Position numbers and translations under genes: made by a program
Notes under the pieces: model-generated
Seen by the model: the letters and a program-made list of their open reading frames with translations, nothing else
Databases searched by the model: none
Told to the model about the DNA's origin: nothing
Assembly: GCF_009914755.1 (NCBI RefSeq)
Contig: NC_060927.1
Reading direction: 5' to 3' (one strand)
DNA length: 64,000 bases
Source: the human T2T-CHM13v2.0 reference genome, Homo sapiens
Part shown: one piece after another, positions 25,764 to 40,146 of the stretch
Layout: every line of letters starts with the position of its first letter
How positions within the stretch are numbered: the stretch's first letter is position 1

Positions 25764-27177
25764 CTATGGATATCTCTCTAGGAAATTTATCAGGTGATGT
25801 TTTTGTTTGAGAAAAGGAGTAGTATTTAGTTACCTGGGAAATCACTTCTAGATGCCAACCAAATGTGTGTCACTAAGACTTGAAATCATTTTGATAATTT
25901 AAAAGAAACCCAGCACTTTATAAGACTCCCTTGACACTTCTAAAAAGTGATGACAGGTGTGCATGGCTGTTAGCCCTGGAAAATACAGCTATACGTTTCG
26001 TTTTACAGGTGATAAAAGCCTCTATTTTGAAGCAGAGATTTGTGAAAATTACTAGGAAAAGTATGACATTGGTGATGTATTACTCTCCCTCATCTGCAGG
26101 TCCCACTGGTATCTCTATATTGGTTCTGTTCTTTAATAGATCATAATTTCAGCCTTAATCTGAAATACCTAATGCCCTGCAAGGCTCTCTGAGACTAGTG
26201 GTTTTCAAACTGTGTTCCAGGGGATCATGGAGGCATGTCAAATGCAGAGAGTCCTGAGCTTCTAGAGCTTTGAAGAAAGGGTTCTTTTTCAATTTAAATG
26301 TTTCTTAAATTTCATACCCAGTGTTCATCAAATATGATATTTATCTATGTCTCTTTCGAAGGCTATAAAAGACTGAGAGAATAAGTTATAGGACATTTCA
26401 GTGACTAGCCTTGGTTATTTTTTTCTTTAAGAGAAACAGAGTTATTAGGACTAAAAGACATTTTGATGTTTCATATCAGCAGTAGGGAGGGAGAACCTCA
26501 GGGACAGGTTTTCCTCCCCAACTCCCCCTAAACCTTTTGTACTCCTAGGAGACAGATTTTCTGCCACAAAATTGCCTGCCATGCCTATTTGACTCAGTTT
26601 TTTTCACCTGCAAGAGAAAAAATTAAGACCCTACAAAGCTTTCCTAGCCTTCATTTGTTTCCATTACAAGAGAATGATGAATGACAGTGTTAAAATAATT
26701 TGACAGTATTTATAATCTTGTGTATTATTGTTAGTAATAGTAGGAGCAGTAGTATCTCGTAGTAGTTCGCAGTGTAGAAAATATTTGCTTCTGAGTATTA
26801 AAGGACATGAATATATCTGAGAGATATATCTGATATATGTCTGAATGTATTTATGAGAGATATATTAGTCATCACCTCCACATAACATGAATAAATCAAG
26901 CTTTGTAAAGGTTAGGTAACTAGCCTAAGATAACAGACTAGTAAATACTAGAATCTGATACTCAAGTTCAGATCATAGAACTTAAGATCTCATGTTCTTT
27001 CAATTGTATTATTGTTAAATTAAAAGTTTCAGTTGTTGATGCATTTTGTCCTCACAGAAAGATCAACATTAATTTGATTCTTTGTATTATTTAGAAAAGA
27101 AGCAGTTTCTATCCTTACTCAAAACTTATCTTAAATTGAAATATGCACTCTCATATCTAGTAACAAGACATATTTTA

Positions 27178-27232
27178 TTAGGTTGGTACAAAAGTAATTG
27201 TGGTTTTTGCCATTAAAAGTAATGGCAAAACC
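27178..27232. mobile_element. MADE1 (Hsmar1-derived MITE), right TIR truncated
   Basis: ttaggttggtacaaaagtaattgtggtttttgccattaaaagtaatggcaaaacc. Confidence 0.88.
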
Positions 27233-28581
27233 TCGTAGTAATAAAATAGTCTGTACTGATTTTTCTTTTAAAAAGAGATTTAAAGGTTTCCTCATCTACT
27301 TTATTCTAGTAAAACTTACTAGTACTTTGGGGATGATTTATTGTATTTTTTTTTTGAGATTATGAGAAGACTTTCAAGAAATCTCTTTGTCTTTGTCTTC
27401 TAAGCCCTCGAGATCTCTTTCTCCATCACTATTGATGGGGCACAGCCGTTGGTGTGTAAACGTCCTACAACTGCGTATTGGTGGTACCTACTCATAGGAA
27501 AAGATTTTAGTGTACAAAAAGAGGCTAGTATATTTATATTTCACCATTTTTTAATGACCAGAAATTCCAAAATAAAACATAGTAAGTGAAGAAATTATAA
27601 CTATAATTTCGAAGTTTATTTTAAATAATCTAGAATGACTTTTGGATAAAAAGGTATGTTTTGAATAAGAATGCAAACAAGAAAATAATAGCAAACATTC
27701 AGTAAGCTGTACTAGCATATTTTGGTACTGATGAAAGATCAACTGTATTATGTTTTTCCTTTTGCTAAGGTGATGCTTTTCATGCCTCCAGGGCAGACCT
27801 TCTAATGTATTTTTCTGGGCAGGAGCACATTCAGCCACAGGCTTTGGAAAAAGGCAGTTAGCTATATGATTCAGATTGATCTTATATTGATCAGCTATTG
27901 ATATGTGAATTATCCAGAATAGCTGTCTGTTCTGTTTGAAATTCAGCTATTTTTTTTCTTGGTCTATAAAGATCTTTACATTTATGATGCAATTGAAATT
28001 TCCATTTTGTGAAAATTTGAGAGAAAGGAAACTTTTGAGCCTTAAAAGCTCTGGCAGATATCACATTAAATATGCACATAAATGAGTACCATTCCTAAAT
28101 AAAATGATTTATTTTCCAGTTGTATAGATTTCCAGGCATCTTAATTCTTCTTTTGCTGTGCTTTCAAATGGGTTATTTTGTGGGTCTCAAATATATTTCC
28201 TTAAATATTTGGTGAATCCTTGGAGTTAGAAGAGAAAGGACTATTACCATCATTTTATTAGTGCTGGTCAATTCTGATGGGGGTAAAAATTAAAGAAGCT
28301 GATATGGTAAAGACGAAGAAAAAATAAAAATATGGGGAGACTGACCCTGGCTTTCATTGGCGTAGTTCATTTCTGCCCTTCCTTTCTATAGATTTAAATA
28401 AAGACAAGTATTTATTTTGACTAAATCACAGACATATAAGGCATTTTCGGGGGTAGATTGCGGAGGTAGTAAAATAAACTATAGTATTTCTTGGATTTGC
28501 TTATTTCTTGTAGCAGTGTCTATATTAATGCATCTTGAATTTTATGCAGTGTAATTACTGTTTAGTGAAATTTAAAAAAGG

Positions 28582-28875
<294 letters not shown>

Positions 28876-29898
28876 TAATGAATAATTTTTTTAAATTGAA
28901 AAGTCACAAAACTTATTACGAACAAGGTAAAAGGTGTACAGTTTGACTTAGCTCTTTGCTCAAAAATACTGATAACATAATAAGTAGGGTAAGCCTCCCC
29001 AGTGCCTCAAAATACCAGATACCGTGTTCATCATTCTCTCAGACATGAGTGATTAAAGTAAGATTATTTCATTTTTTTATGATACCTGCTGTGCTCTTGA
29101 AGAAGACTGTCTTATTTTCACTTACTAGTAAAAGTGAAAGAGGAACATTGTTTTAACATTTTAAAAATAAAAATTATTTTTTAATTATTGTTGATTTGAA
29201 ATAATCAGTTTCCTAATATGTTGGTTCAGGTTTCCTGAGATGCAAGGAAATAATAATTGTACCAGAATGGGGGGAAAAGGAGGGAAGAAAAAGGGGAAGA
29301 GAGGAGAAACCAGTTGCAATGAATTATAGTCCTTATCATGTTACTTTCTGAGAAATAAAATGGGCTTCTGATTCTAAAAAATATACTGTATCTGCAAGAG
29401 TAAAAGTCGTAATCTTTCCCATATTTCCTATAGGCAAATTAAGTTACTTTAGTGGCAAAGTACATTTAAAGGCCCATTTATTTCTTCAATCACATGATAG
29501 TAAAAGTTTTGTCAGGAGGTCTGCTGAACTGAGAATACAGAATCAGTGGCAGTGACAGAACATCTAAAAATTTCCAATCACCATCTCCTTTAGACATACT
29601 GGTCCTTGCATTAGTCCTTAAGCCAACATAAATGATCTTTAATGTAAAATTGTAACAAGTACATAAAGCAGGCTAACGTAGATATTGCGTATCTCAAAGC
29701 AGTTGGATTTAAAATAAGTGATAGTTAACGAAATCCAATACTGTAATGAACTTTTGAGAAAAAAATAGTTGATTATGCTTTTTAATTGTGTGTTTGGGGT
29801 TTTGGCTTTTATTATTACTGTTAATTTGGCCATAAGCTCATTATGTTAATCAGTTTTAACAGTGTTTCTCCATTTGCTGGATAAGAATTTGGCTGATT

Positions 29899-30198
29899 GG
29901 CCGGGTGCGGTGTTGCATGCCTGTAATCCCAGCACTTTGGGAGACTGAGGCGGGTGGATCAGTTCAGCTCAGGAGTTTGAGACCAGTCTGGGCAACATGA
30001 TGAAACCCCATCTCTACAAAAAATAGAAAAATTAGCCAGTGTGTTGGCACATGCCTGTTGTCCCAGCTACTTGGGAGTCTTGAGGTGAGAGGATCACTTG
30101 AGCCTGGGAAGCAGAGATTGCAGTGAGCCGAGATCATGCTACTGCACTCCAGCCTGGGCAACAGAGTGAGAGCCTGTCTCAAAAAAAAAAAAAAAAAA
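29899..30198 (+). mobile_element. AluJ(b)
   Basis: Full dimer with an A18 tail; imperfect TSD aatt(tg/ca)gctgatt. Confidence 0.93.
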
Positions 30199-30371
30199 TT
30201 CAGCTGATTACTACTTTATAGTTATATTTTCAGCATTAGCTAGGCAATATAATGCAGCAGAAAGGATCCAGAAGTCTTCACATCCATAAAAATTATAGAA
30301 AGTGTAGTTTCTATGTATTGCTGGTAGTTGTCAGTCACTATATCTAGCTAATTTTCGATAATATCTTTTGG

Positions 30372-31160
30372 TTCATTTATTCATTTAGGCATTCATTCAG
30401 TACTAATTCGGCCCTCTTTCTGTGCTGTACCCTGTGTCGAGCACTGGGATGTAACAGTGTGCAATACAAAGTCCTTGTCCTTAAGGAATTGATAATCTAG
30501 CTGGGAAGGCCTACTTCATGAATTACAGATGAGTTTAGCACAAATTGTCATTGAGAGATGCTGTGTGCTTTAGGACGATTTCACATAGGAGTCTAACCCA
30601 GACTGGGAGTTCAGGGACAACTTTACTGAGGAATAATATTTAAGTGAAGACTTGAATGATATATAAGAGTTAGCAGGACTAAGGCGGGGATGTAGGGAGA
30701 AGGAGTACTTATAGTTTAGTGGGAACAGTATGTGCAAGAACTGGAGTACGAAAGAAGAATTCAAAAAGGTTAATATAGGTGGAATGTAGAGAATATTGAG
30801 TGACTTGAAGCTATAAAGATTGGTAGGAGTTAGATCATGCAGTGTATTTTAGGCTACGCTGAGGATTTTAGACTTTATCTGACATATAGAGAAAGCCATC
30901 AAAATGAGTGAAAGTAGAGTGATTAGTTTGTCTATTTAAAGGCTAAGCCCCTGGAGATTGGAGGGAAGCAAAATTGGATGTGGGGAGATGACCAAAGGCT
31001 GTGGCGGCAACTTGACTGAAAGATGTGGTACCTTGAGGGAGAAAAGTGGGCAGTCTGAGAGCTACCTGGGAAGTATAATAAACAAGACTTGCAAACCATG
31101 AGAAAAGATTACTTAAGATTTCTTCCTGGTGTTGCTATCACCAAGATGGGTAAAACTGGA
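30372..31160 (-). mobile_element. L2 fragment
   Basis: ttcatttattcatttaggcattcattc tail, then gtccttgtccttaaggaattg...gaggattttagactttatc. Confidence 0.7.
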
Positions 31161-31349
31161 AGTATTTGTTGGTACACTTCCAGTGGTTGTATTTGTGTGG
31201 GTGGGCATGTCATTTGTGCATTTTATGATCAAAATGTGCAGTCTAACTGGCTCATTAAAAACTTGACAAAATTTAGGTGAGTTAGCAATTCTGAAACAAC
31301 TTTATGTGTAGTTTAAGATTAAGCAACTAAATATGTGGTGGATATTAAG

Positions 31350-32610
31350 AGTTAATTTTTTTAACATCAGAAAAAAAGAGCTAGAAATAAGGTAAAGGGG
31401 AATCTATAATGAACCTTGGATTAGAATTTGAGATATCAGTATGAATGAATGGAGATAAAGAGAAGGTTGCATATATGTGTATGTATACATGTATGCCTTA
31501 TATATTTCTTACTTCTGTTCATGAGAGGGCCTAGAAGCAGTGACATCATAGCTCCAGTCAATACACCCAGTACCAGATCTTGGGTTTAAGTGCCAGGCAC
31601 CAATAAAAGGAACCAGAGTTCCTTGGAAAAACTGAATTGGGGACTGGGACTGGGACTGGGGAAGTACAGGATGAAAGTGGCAAAATGTTCAAAAAATGAT
31701 GGGAGCATGTCAAAAGAATGTATGAGCCAACTCTAAGGAGCTCTCAGTGGCCAAATTAGGGACACTTTGAGCACTATAATAATGGGCCATAACCCATAAA
31801 ATAAAAAGAAGTATCCAGATATAATTAAGTAAATTCAAAGGGGAGAAAGGAACACACTTTCTTGCCATAGAATTCCAATTAGTAAATGAAGAGTCATTGA
31901 TATAGGAAATTACCATTTGAAAAGAAACACTACAGTAATAATTGTTTTAGGTGAGAACAGTTAGTGGACAATGTAAGATGGTTATAAACAGGATATTTAC
32001 AGTCACAAAAAGATCTCACTAAAAGATATTTACTATAATTATAAAGGAATCATAGTAACCTTACAGTGGAGAAAATGGACATCTTCTTAACCAACTAATC
32101 AAAGTAGACATACTAATAATGAGACATGGATATCATGCATTTTCTGATATGATGTACTGAGAACGACACAACATTACTTTTGTGGTATTCTTGACAAAAT
32201 GCATATCCTGAATTTAATCATAGAAAACATCAAACCCAAATTGAGGGCCATGCTACAAATTATTGACTAGATTTTTAGAAAGTGTCAAGATTATGAAATA
32301 TGAACTAAGCAACTGTGCCAGATTAAAGGAAACCAAAGAGATCTGATAACTAAATGCAGTGTGGTATTTGGATCAAACACTGGACTAGAAGGAAGATATT
32401 AGTAGGACAATTAACAAAATTTGAATAAGATTTATAGATCAGTTAATAGAATAATATCAGTATTAGTTTCCTGATTTAGATAATTGTACTGTGGTTATAT
32501 AAGATGTTAATGTTTGGGGAAGCTGGGTGAAAGGGATATGGGAATTCTTTGTGTAATGCTTTGTAAAGTCTGAAATTATTTCAAGATTAAGAATTAAAAA
32601 ATTACAAAAA
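31350..32610 (+). mobile_element. L1MC/L1MD 3' UTR (L1MC4-like)
   Basis: cccagtaccagatcttgg, aaacccaaattgagggcc and agctgggtgaaagggatatgggaattcttt motifs, with an A-rich end. Confidence 0.75.
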
Positions 32611-34095
32611 CTTAGAGACCCTAGTTAAATGTTTTCTTTAATTTAATGAAGGGAAGAGGAGATGATATGGTGGGGTTGGTTTTATTAAATTTGACTTTAT
32701 AATTATGTTATGTTTAAATTTTGATTCCTGAGTATTTACTTCACTTGAGGATTTTTTTTTAAATCTTCCCATTCTCTTAAACATTGTCTTGGGAACAGAT
32801 GTATTTTTATTGTGTTAGCAAGATGTGTCTTTAAAATATTTTCTTGAAATACAGTAATTGCACTTCTAGAAATGGATTCATTTTAACCTGATTTAAAATA
32901 ATCAAAGTAGTCAGAGTGATTAATTTTATGTTTGTTTTAGTTTATTTTTAATTGTCAGGAATAACGGGAAATACTGAAATATTTAGAGAAAAAGAGTTAG
33001 GATGAAAAGAGGGAAAACATTTAAAGTCTTTAAATATTTGGATAATACTGTGAATTTTCAGTTGTTAACTCCCATTTAATACATGGATAAGCTGAAGCCT
33101 AGAAGCTTAACTGTTTTGCCAGGACCTACGTAGTTAACCTATATTGGAGGTGACATTTTAACCTGTGTCTGTATGTCAGGCTCCAGATTTTCCCACAATA
33201 CTGTAATGAATAAAAGATGTATATATTCTACTGAATTGTAAAGAGCCATTACTCTTTAAAATTTTTTCTTTTTGCCTGTTTGATAATCATGTTTTCAGAA
33301 TGCACAGTTTTTAACATTTATTTACATTAAATTTTTAGCTAAAATACAGAGTATTTATAAATTGGTTATGGAAAAGTGAGGAAAAATAATTTGCATCTAC
33401 TATGCACTATATTTTTTTCTTCTTGTGAAGCAAGTGCCTGTCATGCTCTGGAAAATATAAATATGAAATCTGAACAGTTGATGATTATAAAAATAATTAC
33501 AGGTTGCCATTATGAAGCACACAGTCACACCTAATCCTTTAAATAAATGTGCTTAACTACACTAAAATACATGTTTTAAAATGTTAAACAGAGACATTCT
33601 AAAAAGACAAGTGAAAACCATTTAATTTTTTTAAAGAAAAAGATGCTGAGTGGGTCCATAGTGGGAATTATTTTAAAACAAGAAAAAAGAAATCTTTAGC
33701 CCTGGAAACCCTTCTTGGACTGCATTAGAAATAAATTTCCTGATGTAGCCTGTAAGTCAGTCAAAACAGGGAAGACTGAATGCTGGGAGCAATAGGTGTG
33801 TTTGTTAACTCTGAAATACTGAAAGTCAGAAACATGTGAAAAGGATGGTCATGTTAAGTAGGATCTTTAAAGTCGGTATATAAACCATTTCTTTGCCTTC
33901 TATTCAAGCAATATACTTTCATCCTTCTGTTGTGTTTCCTCAATTCCTACACTTTGTTTTCGTACTCCCCCCACCAGGAATGAGGCACCAACACCAGTGG
34001 GAGAGTTTTAGATTCCTTAGAAATTCTGCTTATATAAGTGAGTACATCAAATGATCTTTGCCACAAAAATGATGAATGTTTCTTTTGAAATGCAG

Positions 34096-34151
34096 ACCAT
34101 GGTTCCAAGAAGTTTATGCTCACAGAATCAGGAGCCTTGCATTGAAAAGGT
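34096..34151 (+). other. Candidate 54/56-nt exon containing ACCATGG (unverified)
   Basis: Acceptor tttcttttgaaatgcag|; overlapping donors AAG|GTGTAA and GGT|GTAAGT; unique sequence. Confidence 0.3.
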
Positions 34152-34289
34152 GTAAGTCTTGCTAATAGCCTAAAATTCTATTTTTTTCACCCAACTGCAG
34201 CATTAAATATTGGAGGTAAGACTACAGACCTAAAGAGCAGACTGGGAAGCAACAAATTATCTTATTGGTGGTGATGTTCCTTATAGTAA

Positions 34290-34445
34290 CAATGATGAAC
34301 TTTTATAGAGCACTTCCTGTATGCCAGACAGGAACCCATTAACTCATTTAATCTTTACAGTCGTTTAAGTACTCATCTTATCCACATTGTGTGGATGAAG
34401 AAACTGAAGTATAATTAGATAAATTTACCCAAAGCCACACTATTG
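34290..34445 (-). mobile_element. MIR fragment
   Basis: gagcacttcctgtatgccag...cattaactcatttaatcttta...gatgaagaaactgaag. Confidence 0.65.
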
Positions 34446-35223
34446 AGATTCTACTTGAGGGCATTGTAGGTCTCATTTTGGACATATGAACTCTGGTAGT
34501 TATAAATACAGTATATGTTTTTCTAGTTGTGTCTTCACCTAGAATCTTCAAGACCACAAGCTAAAGGTTTGAGTGTAGGTAAGCTTAGGTTTAGGGTCTG
34601 CATTTGAGCATCTTATCCAGCTGACAGCTGTGAACAGAAATTAAAGGTAGCATTTTAAAACTGTGTCTCCCACAGCTACTCTTATCTGCATAAACTGTAT
34701 TCTAAAGCATAATCATTTCCCCTCTTTTCTTTCACTTCCTTCTTCTCGTTCTTTTTTTTTTCTAAAAATACTTTAGTAATTTTAATAGTGTAGTAATTGA
34801 TCAAACTATTTGCTTGCAAAAGTATCTGGCCAATTTTTTCTTTGTGAAAAGTAAACAGCAGTCAGCTAGCTGTGTATCAGTTTATCTTAGTTCTGAAAAG
34901 GAATCAATGAGAAGATGTAAACAATTATGACAAAACCAAGACCCAAACCACAAAAGACTTCAAAGATTAAGTAATTATGTATACATAGTTCCATATAACA
35001 AAACTAATAATTGATAGTAGGGAAGTAAAAGAGAACAAACATTTGTTGATTTCTTGCCCAAGCATTAGGTGTTTACAAAATGTATTGTTTACAGTGGAGA
35101 CTTTGAAATTTCAAATTCATTTAGGTTAGTTGGAGGAGGGAGGAAAGCTATTGACAGAAACACTATTTATTTCTGTCTAGCTAAAAAGAGGATTTAAGCA
35201 TTATGGGGGGTACTTTGATTTAG

Positions 35224-35448
<225 letters not shown>

Positions 35449-36336
35449 TAGTTTATTTAGCACAGGAGGGGATATGATAGGAGAGCTCTTCCTTCCGCAG
35501 ATAAAAATGTTCTCTTCCGTGCTTATAAACATTTCACTTTAGTCTCTATGAGATTGTGTGAATTTTTCTGTGGTCGTAGGCTACATTTTCACACTACATA
35601 AACTATGCCCCTGGTTATAGAATGCACATGCATTCTGCAGTACACCAATGTATTTGTTTGTAGTTGGCTTTATTATTTATTCGTATGTGTATATTTAAAC
35701 ATTCCTGACTTGGTTCCTGACACCAAGAATACATACATGTATATTTTCTTGGAAATACTATGGAATATAAATGAGTATTAGCATCACCCTGCGTTGATCA
35801 GGTGAATTTGATAGAAATGGGAGGGGAAATTTTCTTAATAAGTCCTAAACCCAAGAATAAACTTTTATATTTTTTTTTCTGCTTCATAGCTGTGGAAAAT
35901 TATTGCAACCAAACTATTGAAACCATTCTTAAAGTTAAAAGAATTGTTATTTTAGGACAAATTTTGAAGATAATACTTTTTTGGGGGTGGGGAACTTCTG
36001 CTGTTATTGTTGCTGTGCTGGAGGAATGGTGCTTATTCTTTTGGTAGCATAACTAGTGGTCTGACATGAAAAACTCTTAAAACTTACCCTATATTGGGTC
36101 TTTAACTGCTATTTTATGTTAAAACCTTACATATTAGTATGTATATATATATATGTGAATGCATACATATACAAACTACATTTTCTTATTTTTAAAATAT
36201 CTTAAGGTACATGAAGGAGTTAACATGTTCATGAAACATTGTGACATGGAAATGTACTTAGGACTTAGTCTAAAATGGAAAAAAAAAAGCAAGACGCAAG
36301 ACTGAATATGTAGTATATTCAATTTAAAAAATTTCT

Positions 36337-36627
36337 GGCCAGGAGCAGTGGCTCACGCGTGTAATCCCAGTACTTTGGGAGGCTGAGGCAGGTGGATCAC
36401 CTGAGGTGAGGAGTTCAACACCAGCCTGGCCAACATGATGAAGCCACATCTCTATTAAAAATACAAAAATTAGCTGGGTGTCGTGGCACTCACCTGTAGT
36501 CCCATCTACTCAGGAGGCTGAGGCAGGAGAATCGCTTGAACCTGGGGAACAGAGGTTGCAGTGAGCCGAGATGGCGCCACTACTCTAGCCGGGGCGACAG
36601 AGACTCCATCTAAAAAAAGAAAAAAAG
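36337..36627 (+). mobile_element. AluS
   Basis: Full dimer; imperfect TSD aaaaa(t/g)ttct. Confidence 0.93.
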
Positions 36628-36649
36628 TTCTGAAGTGAACATGTGTATT

Positions 36650-37010
36650 ACTTTTAAAGTAAACTTTTGTGAAGTATGTGGCATGCTCCTCAAGTGAACA
36701 CATCTGTGTAATCGGTGCCAGATTTAAAAAAAGAACATTGCCAGCCCTCCTTTCCAAGGAGACCTCGTGCCTCCTTCACTTAGCCACTGTCTGGACTTCT
36801 CACACCATTGATAAGTTTTGACTGTTTTGGGACTGTACATAAGTGGAATTATACAGTACTACTTTCCTATGTCTGGTTTCTTCTGCACAATATTGTTTGA
36901 GATTCGTACATATTTTATGTAGTTGTAGTTTATTCTTATTGCTGTGTAATATTCCATTGTGTGATTATATCATAATTCATTCTATGTTTATGGGTAGTTC
37001 TCAGTTTGGA
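36650..37010 (-). mobile_element. Old L1ME/MC fragment
   Basis: aagtgaacacatctgtgtaatc...gtttgagattcgtacatatt...aatattccattgtgtg. Confidence 0.6.
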
Positions 37011-37668
37011 CTTAAATCATTTGTTACTTTTATCATTCAAAATGGATTTTAAAAACCAGAAATATCAACTAAATCTAGTTTTCAAGTGAACTCTCTTTAA
37101 ATTTGCAGATGTACTGTGCTAATTATTCTGCAAATTAGCTACTTTGATTTGATTTTTTTTCAGTCCTGATTTATCAGGAGTTTACAGATTTGGGGATGTC
37201 TAATCATGTTATTGATTATGTTCAACCTGTTTTTCTTCAAGCATGAGTACTTTGATTTATCTGGTTAAGAAATTTTCAGTCCTTCATACTGAGGTCTCAG
37301 TCATCTTACAATAGAGACAGCCAGTTTACTCCCCACTTTCTAGCCTCCGACTCTTGAAAGCTTCCAAGAAACACATCCAGAGGTCACATATTGGGCAACC
37401 GAAGGCTCATGTGAAAAAGCCTTAGAGCCACAAAAACCTTGCGCCTCAGTCATTAATGTAATTTGGGGCAGATTTTATGAAGCAAACTAACGCCTTTGAA
37501 TTTTTTTTTTTCAGTTTTAACGTGAGTATAATTACTTCCACTCCTTTTTCCACTTTCCAGTCTCTCCGAGTTGCGTCCCTAAAGGATCCTGCTGCAAGAA
37601 ATGAGTGAATGAATGAAGATATTAAGAATTAAAGTACTGATGTTAATGAGAGCATGGGTGATGTGGTT

Positions 37669-37875
37669 TGGATTGCTTGAGGCCAGGAGATTGAAACTAG
37701 CCTGGGCAACATAGTGAGACAAACCTTGTTTCAAAAAAAATAATATATATATATACACATACACACACTAAGTGAGGTGGTGTGTGCTTGTAGTCCTAGC
37801 TGCTTGGAAGGCTGAGATGGGAGGATTGTGCCCAGGTGACAGAGCGAGACCCAGTCTGTATTAAAAAAAAAAAAA
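37669..37875 (+). mobile_element. Degenerate AluJ with an internal deletion and a TA/CA-expanded linker
   Basis: ggattgcttgaggccaggag...cctgggcaacatagtgagac...gtgacagagcgagaccc, followed by an A-tail. Confidence 0.8.
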
Positions 37876-40146
37876 TTAAATGTTGTATACTTAGCACATA
37901 AGTGATCATTAAATGTTTGATGAATGAATTAATGAGGAAAGATTTTTTTTTTGAAAAAGAAGTTTTATGAGGAGAGAAAACATTGCATATGTAAGGCATT
38001 ATCCTCAATTCCATTGTGGACTCTCCCCCAGGTGTGCAGCCTTGAATGATGGAAATATCCTCATGAGATTCTGAAAGAGGAGGAAACGAATTTTGCCCTT
38101 AAATAGGTGTCAGTACAGCTGCACTTATTTGCACATTTCTAGTTCTGCCTCTGACTAGAGATCAATTGTGATGACTTTGAATTTGTAGACCATCTGCCTG
38201 TCAGTGCACTTAAAATTGCAACTGATCTTTATAAGCTGAGTATAACTATTATTGTAGCAAACAGCAAATTAAGTGACTATACACTGGAAAGAGTTAGGTT
38301 CATACCTCCTTGAAGACTGTGAGCTGTTCTTTATTTGGACACCTGGTATTAAACTCTTATTGGTTATTAATATTTGGGACAGGTTAATGAAGACAATATT
38401 TTACAGAATATAGCAGTTTTCAATATAATAGATTCAATACAACAACTTTTTGTGTGTTTATAATTTTGTTACTTATTATTTACCATAAGTGGTTTAAAAT
38501 ATACGTGGCAAAACATTCTTTAGAGCTTTGATTGCAATAATTATCACATAACCAACACCTCTTAAGTATTACGTACTTAAGAAGGAACTTGAACTTTATC
38601 TTAACACAATAGCATTGACAAATTACTCACAAAATTAGTAGTTGTGGAAGAAAATAGGTATAGGAAGAGTAAGTCACTGATATTGAGTAAATTAAAGTTA
38701 TAGACATTAAATTACAGACAATAAAATTATAGAAGCACTAAATAGATAAATTGATTTTTTTAATGTCATGTTAAGCATTTAAATTGCCTTTACAAAATAT
38801 TCTTCACAGTCCTTGGAGAAATTGCTGCTGTATATTTGATTAATATGTGAACAACATTTTTATTGTTAAAATATTTTCTTCATTCCTTTCAAATTTGTAT
38901 TTAAGGTTAGCAGAGCCTCAAGCAGTGCCTGAGTAGGAAAGTGATAAACTGACACCACACTGTAGAGGAGGAAGAAAAACATCTCACCAACGGCAGACAG
39001 CAGAAACTAATGGTTTTCAACTGTTGCTGATCTAATCAATCATGGTGCTATAATATAATCAGTTCTGTGTGATTCGTTTGTTGTTCTACTGGAATGCATT
39101 GTATTCCCTTCTTATTTTTAAGCCCCCCTACTTCTAGTTTTCGCCTTTCTTAAAAGGCAATTTCTAACATTGTGTTTCTTTTAAAGCCAATAAGTAATTG
39201 TGAAAGACAAACTCAGAGCCTGTTGAATTTCAACAAAAGTTAAGTATTTTGTAGGACATACAACAATAGTGTTCTTTAATTAAAATACTGAGCCATATGA
39301 AAATTTGTCCAACATTTGGTAAATGCCCTTAGTTGAATCGTTAATATCCTAGATAGTAAAAGATTAGTACCTTTTATCTCTAGTCTACTGGGTACAGATT
39401 TTGCTTTCAGATACTATCATCACATCATCACACACAGGTTGAAGATGACATTTTCTCACCTGTTAAGGCATGACTTTCAGTAAAATGTATTTAGCTGTCA
39501 GAGGTCTGCAAGCAGTCCATCAGTTGAGACATGATGCTGTTTTGACCGATATTGGTGACATTTTAAAAGCTACACAAAAATTCATAATTATAAAAGTGTT
39601 CACTGTTTCACTAAAGACTGTGTAATGCATTGCATATTAATTAATAAGATGTTCTCTTTTAAATGCTATCCCTAAAATGTACTTAATGTTACTTTCCATT
39701 ACCATGCATAAAGTTTTAACCATTTATTCATGCCATTAGAAAAATGTAGACTTTTCCTTTCTTTTCGGTATGTTCCTTTTACTTTTCTACTCATTATAGA
39801 GTCATGAACAACTATGGAAAAACACACTTTGTTGATTCCTTGTGATGTTTTTGAAAACTTCGTTCATATATGAAAACTTCTAATTCACCTTGCTTTCTGA
39901 AGGAGAAGACTAAGTTACATATGAGCCCTGTTTTGAGTAATGTATTACTATTAGTATTACAGTATGAAAGATCTATAATCAGAAGCCCCTTTCCCTTGAA
40001 GTGGAATTATTCTCTATGGCCATTAGTACTTAGGGTGATATACTATCTTCAGTGCTATCCTGTGCCTTTCCATTTTTGTCATGTTACTTCCCTCTCTTTA
40101 CATCCCTGCCCACCTCCACTTTCTGCTGTTAAGAATAGTCCATAGG

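Noticed and set aside
27455-27475. tgtaaacgtcctaca resembles the 5' part of miR-30b/c
   Set aside because: There is a mismatch at position 8, the 3' part diverges, and I see no complementary arm for a pre-miRNA hairpin.
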